Below are positions 10,428-19,413 of a DNA stretch of 64,000 bases, in pieces. The position numbers and the translations under genes are program-made. Position 1 is the stretch's first letter. The number at the start of each line of letters is the position of its first letter. The notes below the pieces were generated by a model. That model searched no databases, was not told where the DNA came from, and saw only the letters and a list, made by a program, of their open reading frames with translations. The DNA is from Acidobacteriota bacterium (GTDB lineage: Bacteria; Acidobacteriota; UBA6911; RPQK01; JAJDTT01): positions 3,264,001 through 3,328,000 of the forward strand of contig OZ242374.1 in the NCBI GenBank assembly GCA_965209055.1, in the 5' to 3' direction.

Positions 10428-11786
10428 ATGCCGAGAAGAATTGCCATTGTCGGTGCCGGAGTCTCGGGGCTCGGGACGGCCTGGGCGCTGCATAAACACC
10501 CCGATCGATTCGATTTCCGGGTATTCGAGGCACAGACGTCTGTCGGCGGCAATGCCATCACCGTCGACATGCCGCAAACCGATGGCACCACGATTCCGTT
10601 CGATATCTCCGTCACCGCCTGCATACCCTCGGTCTACCCCCATCTTCTCCTCTTCCTGCGGCAGCACGGTATCGACCTGGTCGATACCAGGTTCAGCTAC
10701 AGCGTGAAGTATCGCGGCGGCGTCTACGCCCACGACTTCGACTCCGACATCCGGAGGGAGTTGCATCCGGAAATCAAGAAGTTCCAGAGACTCCTGAGGC
10801 GCCTCAAGTGGTTCGGCCGGCTCAACCGGTCCCGGTCAAGGCTGCTCAATGCGCTCAACCCGTTCAACTACGTCAGCATGGGCGCGGTGCTCAACCTGGG
10901 CGGGTTCTCCGGAGGTTTCCGCTACAAGGTCCTGAAGCCCATGTTCGTCAACTTCCTGATGGCCACCAACGTTTTCGACATGCCGGCATCCCTGTTTTGC
11001 AGGTATCTGGAGTTCTTCGACATTGAAACCGAAACGCCCATGCGGACCTGGGACCAGGGCACCCGGCGCATCTACGAAGCAATGTCGGCGGGCTTTCGGG
11101 ACAAGATCTATCTCGGCCGGCCGGTTCGAAAAGTGTACCGGCGTTCATCCGAAGTCGTGGTAGAGGACGAACAAGGAAGGACTGAGACGTTTGACGAGGT
11201 GGTGTTTGCCTGCAACGCGAATCAGACGTTGATGATGCTGGACGAACCGACCTTCCTGGAGAGCTGTCTCCTCTCTTCGATTCGTTACGAGAGTGAGCTG
11301 CACAACCATACGGTCGTTCATTCAGACGCTTCCGTTCTTCCGGACAACGAGGTCAAGCCGCTCGCCACCCGGAGCAACCACATCGAGCAGTACGGCGCGA
11401 GACCCGACAACTACGAAATCACCTACATCATGCACAATCAGCAGCCGTGGGCGAACCGGTCGGACCGGCCGTGCCTGGTGACCTACAATCCCATCAGCCG
11501 TATCGACGAGGGCAAGATCCTCAAGAAGTGGTGGTTTCAGCACATCGTTCACGATGTGCATCACGTGGCCTTCCTGATCCATCTGTTCCGGTTTGTCCAG
11601 GGCAAGAGGCGAACCTGGCACTGCGGCGCCCACACGTTGATCAACAGTCAGGAGACCTGTTTCGTATCCGGCCTGGTTACGGCGAGACAGATGGGAGCGG
11701 ACTACCCGTTTCAGGACGCCGAAGCCAGGAAATGGTTCAACTTCTACGGCCGGACCATGTACGGCTGGCGCTTCAAAAAGGCGTGA
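10428..11786 (+). CDS. FAD-dependent oxidoreductase (amine-oxidase-like, COG2907 type)
   Basis: RIAIVGAGVSGL dinucleotide motif, FEA...GGNA, QGKRRTWHCGA near the C-terminus. Confidence 0.8.
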   Translation: MPRRIAIVGAGVSGLGTAWALHKHPDRFDFRVFEAQTSVGGNAITVDMPQTDGTTIPFDISVTACIPSVYPHLLLFLRQHGIDLVDTRFSYSVKYRGGVYAHDFDSDIRRELHPEIKKFQRLLRRLKWFGRLNRSRSRLLNALNPFNYVSMGAVLNLGGFSGGFRYKVLKPMFVNFLMATNVFDMPASLFCRYLEFFDIETETPMRTWDQGTRRIYEAMSAGFRDKIYLGRPVRKVYRRSSEVVVEDEQGRTETFDEVVFACNANQTLMMLDEPTFLESCLLSSIRYESELHNHTVVHSDASVLPDNEVKPLATRSNHIEQYGARPDNYEITYIMHNQQPWANRSDRPCLVTYNPISRIDEGKILKKWWFQHIVHDVHHVAFLIHLFRFVQGKRRTWHCGAHTLINSQETCFVSGLVTARQMGADYPFQDAEARKWFNFYGRTMYGWRFKKA

Positions 11787-11820
11787 GCGGAGCGGAGCGG
11801 CGGTCTCTGGCCGCCGACTG

Positions 11821-11911
11821 GGAACGGCGGTTTCCAGCCGCCGGTTCTTACGATCCCGGGCCGCCGGAAATCCCACCAACTCAGGCCGTATCGGCCTTCC
11901 GGCGAATCCGA
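11821..11911. repeat. Diverged direct repeat of 15851-15940 (REP plus 3' tail of the NRAMP-like gene)
   Basis: Aligns by eye with one 1-nt indel; minus-strand reading RIRRKADTA* versus RFRRKGGTA* in the gene. Confidence 0.8.
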
Positions 11912-11912
11912 A

Positions 11913-11937
11913 GTAGAAGGGGACAGTCACCTTCTAC
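11913..11937. repeat. Palindromic repeat, family B
   Basis: GTAGAAGGGGACAGTCACCTTCTAC near-perfect palindrome; the same unit recurs at 14867, 14917 and 14967. Confidence 0.8.
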
Positions 11938-12017
11938 TGTGCGGCGTGCTGTACTGGATCCTGATCCCGGCCTTGCTCCCAGGTTCCGGCGCCCGCCGGT
12001 CCCAGGTCACCGATCAG

Positions 12018-12059
12018 TTGACAGGGCAATGGTCTTTTTCTTAGTTTGTACTACAAACT
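12018..12059 (+). promoter_or_regulatory. Sigma70-like promoter with overlapping palindromic operator
   Basis: TTGACA (12018) - N18 - TAGTTT (12042); perfect inverted repeat AGTTTGTA-C-TACAAACT at 12043-12059. Confidence 0.65.
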
Positions 12060-12101
12060 GGTTTGCACCTTAATTTCGGCCCGAAGAGAAAGGACGTCGC
12101 C

Positions 12102-12839
12102 ATGAAAACTGCGGACCCCGACGAACAGTTTCCCAGCAACTCGATCAAAGAGATTCCCAAGTGGACTCGTCGCTACGTTCAGAATCGGACTGTCCCCTTC
12201 TTGCTCACCCTGTCCCTGTTTCTGGTTTGGAGCTATTTGGCCGGCACAGGGTCGAAGCTTGCCAGGGAGGCGTTTAGAGCGGGAAACATGACCGAATTCT
12301 ATTTTGCGATGACAGTTGTCGTCGCGATGGTTGCTCTGCTCGTCTGGTCCTTCGTGCCAGGGTGGGGCTGGGGGTGGATGAAGAGGCTCACCAATAGAAT
12401 CCAAAAGGAGAGTGGCGATGCGGCCCTTCCGGTCCCGGCAGACCAGAAGAACCCCAACTGGCGCCGACAGCTGCTACCCGGCGTCTTCATGTTGGGAGTT
12501 CCGATCTCGGTGGTGCTGACACGAATGGGCTACCTTCCGCATGAGTATGTGCAGCCGGTATCGGCTCTCTATGCCGTGCCATTCCTGATCGCCACCTTCA
12601 TTACGATGCGCTCGATCATGAGTCCGGTTTACCTCCTGTGGCCGATTCTCTACGGAACGCACGCCATCCTGGTGGTGGCAGGAGCCCCGATACAGTTCGA
12701 AGGGCAATGGGAATCTCTGAATATGCTGATTCCGACTATTGGATACGGCCTCCTGACCGGAGTGGTGGGATTTCTATTCGGCCAGTACTCTCTGACGAGG
12801 TTGCGGGATATCGCATCCGGAGGAGTGGCGAAACCATGA
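12102..12839 (+). CDS. Hypothetical integral membrane protein (~6 TM)
   Basis: AAGGA RBS, ATG 12102, multiple hydrophobic helices; ATGA overlap with the regulator gene. Confidence 0.7.
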   Translation: MKTADPDEQFPSNSIKEIPKWTRRYVQNRTVPFLLTLSLFLVWSYLAGTGSKLAREAFRAGNMTEFYFAMTVVVAMVALLVWSFVPGWGWGWMKRLTNRIQKESGDAALPVPADQKNPNWRRQLLPGVFMLGVPISVVLTRMGYLPHEYVQPVSALYAVPFLIATFITMRSIMSPVYLLWPILYGTHAILVVAGAPIQFEGQWESLNMLIPTIGYGLLTGVVGFLFGQYSLTRLRDIASGGVAKP

Positions 12840-13144
12840 CGAGCGGGCTCGACCGGGTTGTCCACGAGCCGGCCCGGCTCCGCATCCTGATGCTGCTATC
12901 TGCGGTCGAGGAGACCGATTTCAAGTTCTTGCAATCGACTCTGGGCCTGACCAACGGCAACCTGTCGTCTCACATGAATCGCTTGGAAAAGGCTGGTTAC
13001 GTGAAGATTCTGAAGGGGTTTGTCGGAAAGGTAACCCAGACGCGGTACCACCTGACCAGAGCGGGGAAACGGGCTCTCGACAGCTACTGGAAGCAGATTG
13101 ACGAGATTCGCTCACTCTCAGTTCAAGTGAGTGGATCGCTGTGA
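12836..13144 (+). CDS. Winged-HTH transcriptional regulator (HTH_34, MarR/ArsR-like)
   Basis: LDRVVHEPARLRIL...LGLTNGNLSSHMNRLEKAGYV..K.F......T.Y.LT..G. Confidence 0.88.
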   Translation: MTSGLDRVVHEPARLRILMLLSAVEETDFKFLQSTLGLTNGNLSSHMNRLEKAGYVKILKGFVGKVTQTRYHLTRAGKRALDSYWKQIDEIRSLSVQVSGSL

Positions 13145-13332
13145 TTCGGCCAGAAGCAATCCCTCTGCATCACTGAATACTGTAGAAGATCAACCGAATT
13201 GGACGCTGGCGACTTCATCTTCACGACGTTGCCCGGTGTGCCGGTTCGCCGTTGATCTACCGGGAAATGCTGGAGACGCCGATAAATTGAGAGAGTCCAT
13301 CGGTTTCCCGGAGGAACATCACAAGTAGGGAC

Positions 13333-13575
13333 ATGATCTGGAACCTGATTCCCATTGGAGCCTTCCTTTGCTTGGCCGTCGTCATCCGAGGCCAGATCCG
13401 GCGCCAGAAACAGATGGAGTTGGGCTTGGGCGTCAGAATCACCAGCCTGGAGACGCAGGTCGGAGATCTACAGGATCGCGTCAACCGGATCGAGGACACG
13501 TCGTCCGTTTCCAAGGAGTCCTTCGGAAGAAACGTTCCCGATCTCCCTGCAATTCCTGAAGACGTCGTATCGTAG
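13333..13575 (+). CDS. Small single-TM protein with coiled coil
   Basis: 80-aa ORF, N-terminal hydrophobic helix, heptad-like segment. Confidence 0.45.
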   Translation: MIWNLIPIGAFLCLAVVIRGQIRRQKQMELGLGVRITSLETQVGDLQDRVNRIEDTSSVSKESFGRNVPDLPAIPEDVVS

Positions 13576-13610
13576 CCGTCAGCGATCCACGAATTCGCCG
13601 CCAGGGGAGC

Positions 13611-13855
13611 GGACGCCCAATCGACTCCCACAAACCACTGACTTGGTTTCATCTCGACCTCCGAGTGCCTAAAATGGGTTTGGGCCGCCGCGATCCGGGC
13701 CGAATCCTGTACTGGCATTCGTGGATGCAAACTTCCCACGGGGCCTCCATCGCGGCAACCGGCCGGGGCACGGGTCCGCTCCAGGTGGCCTGAAGGCACT
13801 GCGGTTTTTTGGTAGCTCCCGGCCGGTTGGCCCTCTTCACCCACTATGGGTGAAG
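13611..13855 (-). mobile_element. IS110-family remnant: non-coding end plus first ~14 codons of the recombinase
   Basis: GGAGGT RBS then MKPSQWFVGVDWAS (IS110 N-terminal xGxDW motif), after which similarity stops; structured upstream region. Confidence 0.65.
13687..13855 (-). ncRNA. Putative IS110 bridge-RNA-like structured RNA
   Basis: Hairpin CTTCACCC-ACTAT-GGGTGAAG (13835-13855); 12-bp stem 13756-13767/13818-13829; 8-bp stem 13687-13694/13749-13756; each large stem encloses a loop with an inner hairpin. Confidence 0.5.
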
Positions 13856-13877
13856 TCCCTTAAAGGTTACTCGGGAA

Positions 13878-13990
13878 GGGTACAGGCGGTTTCCTAACCG
13901 CCGAACTGGAGCGGCGATTTCCAATCGCCGAACTCCTGACTGAAAAACTTGGCGACGAAGACTGGGCGATTGGAAATCGCCCCCCCTTTT
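13878..13990. repeat. REP cluster (family A, three units)
   Basis: GGCGGTTTCCTAACCGCC, GGAGCGGCGATTTCCAATCGCC and the inverted GGCGATTGGAAATCGCC. Confidence 0.75.
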
Positions 13991-14148
13991 TCTTAGAGGG
14001 GGCGTGACGATCACGCATGATTTTCGCCCTCAGCGCGTGCTCGCGACCGATAGAGCAGCGGTAACTACGTTTGAGCGGGTATGTGCGTGCTGAGGGGGAG
14101 AAGCCCAGCGAGCGCGCTCCCAGCACAGTCCGTCATGGAGAAATCTTT

Positions 14149-14370
14149 GCCAGAGCATCATGACCCCAAGAACTCCAGCAACGACAGCCGGCAGAAAATC
14201 AAAGGTATAGGCTGCGTAAGGGATCAGCGTCGGGACGGGCGTAACGAATCCATTGGCGATATTGGCATTGAAACCGAACGTGCGGCGATGCGTATAGGAC
14301 CCGTCGATCAGGGAATAGGTTGCCCAGACATCGGCCCTGCGGGTCGGGGACCAAACCCCTCTCCACGGCT
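14149..14370 (-). pseudogene. Internal fragment of an EXPERA/EBP-like gene (diverged copy of 15223-15443)
   Basis: VWSPTRRADVWATYSLIDGSYTHRRTFGFNANIANGFVTP...GVMMLWQ matches the neighbouring gene; no cognate start or C-terminus. Confidence 0.8.
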
Positions 14371-14405
14371 CCTTGGTGGACCGGAACTCGCCCGCCGCCT
14401 CGTCG

Positions 14406-14831
14406 CTATTGGCCCAGCCACCGCCGCTTGCGAGCCAGAGCACGTCGTTTGCAAGACCAGATCAAGTCAACAACGTCGAGAGCTTCAATGTCTGAATCAA
14501 ACCGCACGGTTTCGTTTCCCTTGATGCGGACCGTATACCGTCTCCCTGCTCTGTCACGGAACAAATAACCGAAATCGACAAGATGGCGTCGTAACGAGAC
14601 CCGGTCCAAGGACGCGTCCAGGCCGATTGAGGCAACCCACTCTCGAAGCGAACCGTTCAATTCTCGTTCTGAGTACGGGCTCCTGCTCTCAAGCGTTTGA
14701 GCGATGGCGCGAAACAAGATGTGACGATCACGCTGCTTCCGTGGCAGCATCATCAAACGCCCGCCACATATGGCGGATAGCCTCGCCTCGAATTCGCGTC
14801 GATCGACTGGGTGCTGCTCTCCATTCCCCAT
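14406..14831 (-). CDS. DUF2087-like protein
   Basis: LPRKQRDR...YSERELN..L..W......D.V.LRRHLVDFGYL.RD..G..Y. Confidence 0.75.
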   Translation of the reverse strand: MGNGEQHPVDRREFEARLSAICGGRLMMLPRKQRDRHILFRAIAQTLESRSPYSERELNGSLREWVASIGLDASLDRVSLRRHLVDFGYLFRDRAGRRYTVRIKGNETVRFDSDIEALDVVDLIWSCKRRALARKRRWLGQ

Positions 14832-14866
14832 AGTTCGTGCTGGCCGACGAATATGAACGAGATCTG

Positions 14867-14990
14867 GTAGAAGGGGACTGTCACCTTCTCCTGAGGCCGG
14901 AAGTATGAGGCCGGAAGTAGAAGGGGACTGTCACCTTCTCCTGAGGCCGGAAGTATGAGGCCGGAAGTAGAAGGGGACAGTCACCTTTTC
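14867..14990. repeat. 50-bp tandem repeat (2.5 copies) built on the family B palindrome
   Basis: Units start at 14867, 14917 and 14967; the intervening CTGAGGCCGGAAGTATGAGGCCGGAA is identical between units. Confidence 0.9.
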
Positions 14991-15032
14991 TTGTGCGGCG
15001 TGTCAATGGCCATTGAATTGCACACCGGGATT

Positions 15033-15767
15033 TCAATGACCCAGAATGCCGTAGTTTCCGTCCAGGATCAGGCGAACCGACACGTACAATCCCAATAACG
15101 GGAAGAGCACCCAGGGGGCGTTCGTGGCGCCGACGTAGGCGTACAGGCCGCCCCTGGTGACGTGGCGCTGCCTCCCGGCCACGAAGAAACTGACCCAGTA
15201 GACCGACGTCGCGTAGGTCCACTGCCAGAATATCATGACGCCAAGAATCCCGGCAACGACGGCCGGCAGAAAATCCACGGTATAGGCTGCGTAGAGGATC
15301 AGCGTCGGGGCGGGTGTAACGAATCCGTTGGCGATATCGGCATTGAAACCGAACGTGCGGCGATCCGAATGGGACCCATCGAACAGGGAATAGGTAGCCC
15401 AGACATCCGCCCACCGCGTCGGAGACCAGACTTGTCTCAATGGAATCTTGCCGGCAAGGAACTCGATGGCCGGCGTTCGGCCGGTTTCAAGTTGCCGTCT
15501 GCGCCAATACTCGGTGCGGGTCTCGATATAGTCCCGTTTGAGGAATAGACACGCCTCCCAATAGCAAATCAGGAGATTGATCGAGAAAAACAGTATCAGC
15601 AGGCAATGGATGACGTTGAGAGTTCCGGCGAAATAGTAACGCGCGCCAATGCCGGGAAGCGCCAGAAACGCGACCACCAGCGCCGCAAGCAGCCAGACCG
15701 GCAGGCTCAAACTATTCTTGCCCGCGCATTGGTCCGGAGGTATTTGATCGGGGTTGTGTTCACCCAT
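15033..15767 (-). CDS. EXPERA/EBP (sterol isomerase-like) membrane protein
   Basis: Multi-TM; YWE, WATYSLFD and C-terminal NAPWVLFP motifs resemble EBP/TM6SF (WxxYxxxD, NxxWxxxP). Confidence 0.6.
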   Translation of the reverse strand: MGEHNPDQIPPDQCAGKNSLSLPVWLLAALVVAFLALPGIGARYYFAGTLNVIHCLLILFFSINLLICYWEACLFLKRDYIETRTEYWRRRQLETGRTPAIEFLAGKIPLRQVWSPTRWADVWATYSLFDGSHSDRRTFGFNADIANGFVTPAPTLILYAAYTVDFLPAVVAGILGVMIFWQWTYATSVYWVSFFVAGRQRHVTRGGLYAYVGATNAPWVLFPLLGLYVSVRLILDGNYGILGH

Positions 15768-15909
15768 GGCCCGTTCTCCGCTCTTGAGGACGATCAAGCG
15801 CAGTTTGGCCCGAGCCGGGAGGAGATGGGCAGGATAGCACCGGTTCGAGGGGAGCGGCGGCTTCCAACCGCCGATTCTTGCGGGCGCGGGCGGCCGGAAA
15901 CCGCCCCAC

Positions 15910-17592
15910 TCAGGCCGTGCCGCCCTTCCGGCGAAACCGGAACAACACGGCCAGCAGCACGAACGCCGCTGCTGCCACCAGCCCCGGCACCCCGATCCGC
16001 GACCAGATGCTGTAGGCGCAGCCCAGCGTGGCAAACCCGGTGGCCAGGGCCATCATTACGTTCCACGCCACGCGTTTCCCCCCCCGGGGCAGGTTTTGGC
16101 CCAGCAGCTTCCGCTGGTTCATGAGCAGGAAAAAGGAGATGTAGGCAATGGGCAGCAGCACCATCCCGAAGACCGACGTGGGGACCGCCAGCCAGAACTG
16201 GGCGTCCTTCCAGACGAAGGGCCCCAGCACACCCACCACGGCGGCCAGGGAGCCCAGCCGGTAGGCGCGCCCCTTGGGCTCCAGTCCCAGCATCTCGCAG
16301 ACCACGAACCCCGAGATCAGCATCAGGATGGCGATGCTGGAGAGTGCCATCCCCACCACGCCGATTCCGAATACCACCCGGGCGAACAGGCTGCCGGTGA
16401 GCGGCTCCAGCGACTCCGCCAGATTGAAGGCGTCCCGCTTCACCAGCATGGCGGCCAATTCCTTGTCGGCCTGCGGCAACTGCTCCGCGGCCCGGCTCCG
16501 CTCTTCCGGAGAAAGCTCCGGATTCGTGGCTGCGATCCGCTCTCTCAACAATCCCTGGTAGCCGGCCACCAGCTTGGCGGGCGGCGCCGGCCCCTCCGCT
16601 TCCGCCACCAGGCCGGCCGCGGGACGCGTGTGGAACTGGGTGGCCGAGGCGATGACCACGCAACTGGTGGCCAGCAGGAAGGGAATGAGCATCCCGGTGG
16701 ACAGGTCGAAGATGGCCAGGCCCCGGAACTCCCGGTTCCAGCCGCGCGACAGCAGGGAATACCCCAGCAGGAAGGTCATGTTGATCCCCACCGCCGTGGC
16801 GCTGGCGCTGATCATGACGTCGCGCTGCATCCCCAGGATTTTGCCGCTCCAGAACTCCCGCGAAGTTTCGCCCACCGCCTCCAGGAAGGGGGTGTAGGTG
16901 GCGGCCGGGTGCATCAGGACGCTCAGGTCGGGGACGAATCCGGAGACGATGGCTCCCCAGTTCAGGGCTCCCGGCGAGAGGGTCATCTTCACGACGACGC
17001 CGAAGAAGCAGAGGACGATCAGAGCCACCACCACTTTCAGCGTGCCCTCGTACAGCTTCACCCCCCAGCCGCCCTTGCCGTAGAGCCAGGTGATGGAAAT
17101 GGTGACCGCCAGGATGGCGCCGCAGATGACGACCTTGCCGCCCAGGTCGCCGGTGAGGCCGTCGGCCCCCAGCAGGTCCGGCAGCAGGTTCTGCTGGACG
17201 GCGCTGGTGGCCAGGCTGTACTGGGGCAGGGACCAGACCATGTTGGCCATGAGGCTGGCGATGGCCCAGGCCCATCCCAGCAAGGGGCTCACGTGCCGGT
17301 TGATGGCCTGAAAGGGCCTCTCGCCGGTGGAGAGGGTGACGTAGCTGATGGCGCTCAGCATGACGATGCCCAGGATCATGGCCACCGGTTGGAGCCAGAG
17401 GAGGGCGAACCCGGAGAGGGTCCCCAGGTAGAGGCCGCTGGCCAGCGATCCGCCTCCCAGGGTGAGGGCGCTCTGGAGCCAGCCCGGCCCCGAGAGCCGG
17501 AAGTAGGTCTTCAGTAGTGGGCCGCGTCCCTGGGCGCGGGCCTCCCGCAGCATCCGGCGGTCGCCTTGGACATCCGATCTCGTCTCGGTCAT
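15910..17592 (-). CDS. NRAMP-like divalent cation transporter family protein
   Basis: GPGWLQSALTLGGGS, AVGINMTFL, about 11 TM helices. Confidence 0.8.
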   Translation of the reverse strand: MTETRSDVQGDRRMLREARAQGRGPLLKTYFRLSGPGWLQSALTLGGGSLASGLYLGTLSGFALLWLQPVAMILGIVMLSAISYVTLSTGERPFQAINRHVSPLLGWAWAIASLMANMVWSLPQYSLATSAVQQNLLPDLLGADGLTGDLGGKVVICGAILAVTISITWLYGKGGWGVKLYEGTLKVVVALIVLCFFGVVVKMTLSPGALNWGAIVSGFVPDLSVLMHPAATYTPFLEAVGETSREFWSGKILGMQRDVMISASATAVGINMTFLLGYSLLSRGWNREFRGLAIFDLSTGMLIPFLLATSCVVIASATQFHTRPAAGLVAEAEGPAPPAKLVAGYQGLLRERIAATNPELSPEERSRAAEQLPQADKELAAMLVKRDAFNLAESLEPLTGSLFARVVFGIGVVGMALSSIAILMLISGFVVCEMLGLEPKGRAYRLGSLAAVVGVLGPFVWKDAQFWLAVPTSVFGMVLLPIAYISFFLLMNQRKLLGQNLPRGGKRVAWNVMMALATGFATLGCAYSIWSRIGVPGLVAAAAFVLLAVLFRFRRKGGTA

Positions 17593-17692
17593 GATTGCGT
17601 CCCGGTCGGTTGGGCCATCCCGCACGAAGTTGACGGGTCATTCTGGCCGGGACGACCCCCGATTGCAAATCCAGCGGCGGCAGGCGGTTCTG

Positions 17693-18625
17693 GTGGAATT
17701 TTTCTCAATTCTGGAAGACCGGGTCGACTTGGCCCGGGGGGCCTGGGCGGCGTCGCATCGCCTCGCAGTCCGCTGGCGCGGCCGGCGCATCCTGGCGCTG
17801 AGCCAGGGACCCTACCGGTCCTACCTCTACCCGGTGTTCACCCCGGCCGGCTTCGGCGTCACCTCCGAGAGTCCGGCGGATCACCCCCACCACAACTCCA
17901 TCTGGGTCGCTCTGGACCGGGTCCGGTGCCTCTTTCCCTATTCCTCCGATGAAACCGAGGAGGGGACCTACAACTTCTACGTGAACGGGACCTTTCAGGG
18001 CCGGGCGCCGGGACGGATCCTGACCACCGGGATCGAGACCGAAGAACTGGCTCCGGACCATTTGAGAATCGAGTTGAACCTCGAGTGGCGCGGTCCGGAG
18101 GAATGGGCCGCATCGGACGGACGGGTCCTCCTGAGCGAGACGCGGACGCTGGACGTTCGTCCCGGGCGGCGGGTGAACCTGATCGATGTCCGCTCCCGTC
18201 TTCAGGCCGGCCGGTGGGCGCTGGAACTGGGGCCGACCCGCCATGGACTCTTCGGAGTGCGCCTGATCGAGGCCCTGACCGTCACCCATGGGGGAACGCT
18301 TCTGGACTCGGCGGGCCGGGAGGGAGGCCGGGAGATCAGCCGCGGGAATGCCGTTTGGGTGGACGGTTCCGGGACCCTGGGACGGGGGGTCCGTGCCGGC
18401 GTATCCCTGTTCCCCCACTCCTGCACGGCGGGTCACCCCTGGTACGTAACCGATTGGGGAACCCTGACCATCAACCCCATGGCCCGCCGGACGTGGTCCC
18501 TGGAACCGGAAGAATGCGTTGAGTTCGGACTTCGGATCGCGGTCCACGACGGCGATGCACACGAGGCGCGGGTCGGAGAACTCTACCGGGCGTTTCAGGA
18601 AGAAATCGAAGGGGAAAGCCGATGA
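17693..18625 (+). CDS. DUF6807 / PmoA-like beta-sandwich protein
   Basis: YLYPVFTPAG..VT...PADHPHHNSIW motif; start uncertain (GTG 17693 preferred over 17591). Confidence 0.7.
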   Translation: MEFFSILEDRVDLARGAWAASHRLAVRWRGRRILALSQGPYRSYLYPVFTPAGFGVTSESPADHPHHNSIWVALDRVRCLFPYSSDETEEGTYNFYVNGTFQGRAPGRILTTGIETEELAPDHLRIELNLEWRGPEEWAASDGRVLLSETRTLDVRPGRRVNLIDVRSRLQAGRWALELGPTRHGLFGVRLIEALTVTHGGTLLDSAGREGGREISRGNAVWVDGSGTLGRGVRAGVSLFPHSCTAGHPWYVTDWGTLTINPMARRTWSLEPEECVEFGLRIAVHDGDAHEARVGELYRAFQEEIEGESR

Positions 18626-19413
18626 AGATCGTTCGTTATCAAGAAGGGGATCGGGCCCACTACGGCGTCCTGGAAGAGGGGGGGCTGATCCGGCGTCTGG
18701 AAGGGACGCCATACGAGAGCCCGGCTCCGGACGGGACGGCCACGCGGTTGGAGTCGGTGCGGATCCTCTCGCCCGTGCCCGCTCCCAGGATTTTCGGCCT
18801 GGGCCTGAACTATGCGGACCACGCTGCCGAGGGAGGGAAGGAGCACCCGCCTCAACCCATGCTCTTCATGAAGCCCTCTACGGCCGCCGTCGGGCCGGAC
18901 GATCCCATCATCTATCCGGCAGCCGAGGGGGACCTGGAAGTCCACTTCGAGGCGGAGTTGGTCGCGGTCATCGGACGGAAAGCACGTAGGGTCGGCGCCA
19001 GAGAAGCCCTGGATCATGTCCTGGGCTACACTTGCGGCAACGACGTGAGCGAGCGGGTCATTCAGAGAGCCGAGATGAAGGAGGGATGTCTTCTCATGGG
19101 CAAGGGATACGATACCTTCTGCCCGCTGGGGCCCGCCATCGTCACGGGACTCGACCCCACCGACCTGCTGCTCGTGGCCCGCGTCAACGGCCGGGAACGG
19201 CAACGCACCAACACCTCGGACCTCATCTATCCCGTCGCCGAGATCGTCTCCTACATGAGCCGGGCCATGACGCTGCTTCCGGGGGACGTGATCCTGACCG
19301 GGACGCCCTCGGGAGTCGGGCCCGTCTACCCCGGAGACCGGGTGGAGATCGAGGTCCCCCAAGTGGGCGTCCTGTCCAATCCGGTGGTGGCAGAAGGGAG
19401 CAACAGATCGTGA
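18622..19413 (+). CDS. Fumarylacetoacetate hydrolase family protein
   Basis: GLNYADH, FMKP, EAEL, NDVSER, GKGYDTFCPLGP, GDVILTGTP. Confidence 0.95.
   Translation: MKIVRYQEGDRAHYGVLEEGGLIRRLEGTPYESPAPDGTATRLESVRILSPVPAPRIFGLGLNYADHAAEGGKEHPPQPMLFMKPSTAAVGPDDPIIYPAAEGDLEVHFEAELVAVIGRKARRVGAREALDHVLGYTCGNDVSERVIQRAEMKEGCLLMGKGYDTFCPLGPAIVTGLDPTDLLLVARVNGRERQRTNTSDLIYPVAEIVSYMSRAMTLLPGDVILTGTPSGVGPVYPGDRVEIEVPQVGVLSNPVVAEGSNRS

Noticed and set aside
14867-14990. Possible mini-CRISPR (palindromic repeat, regular spacing)
   Set aside because: Spacers are identical and there are no cas genes; it is a tandem repeat.
17693-18625. Particulate methane monooxygenase
   Set aside because: The PmoA-like label refers to a soluble DUF6807-type family; there are no pmoB/pmoC genes or TM helices.
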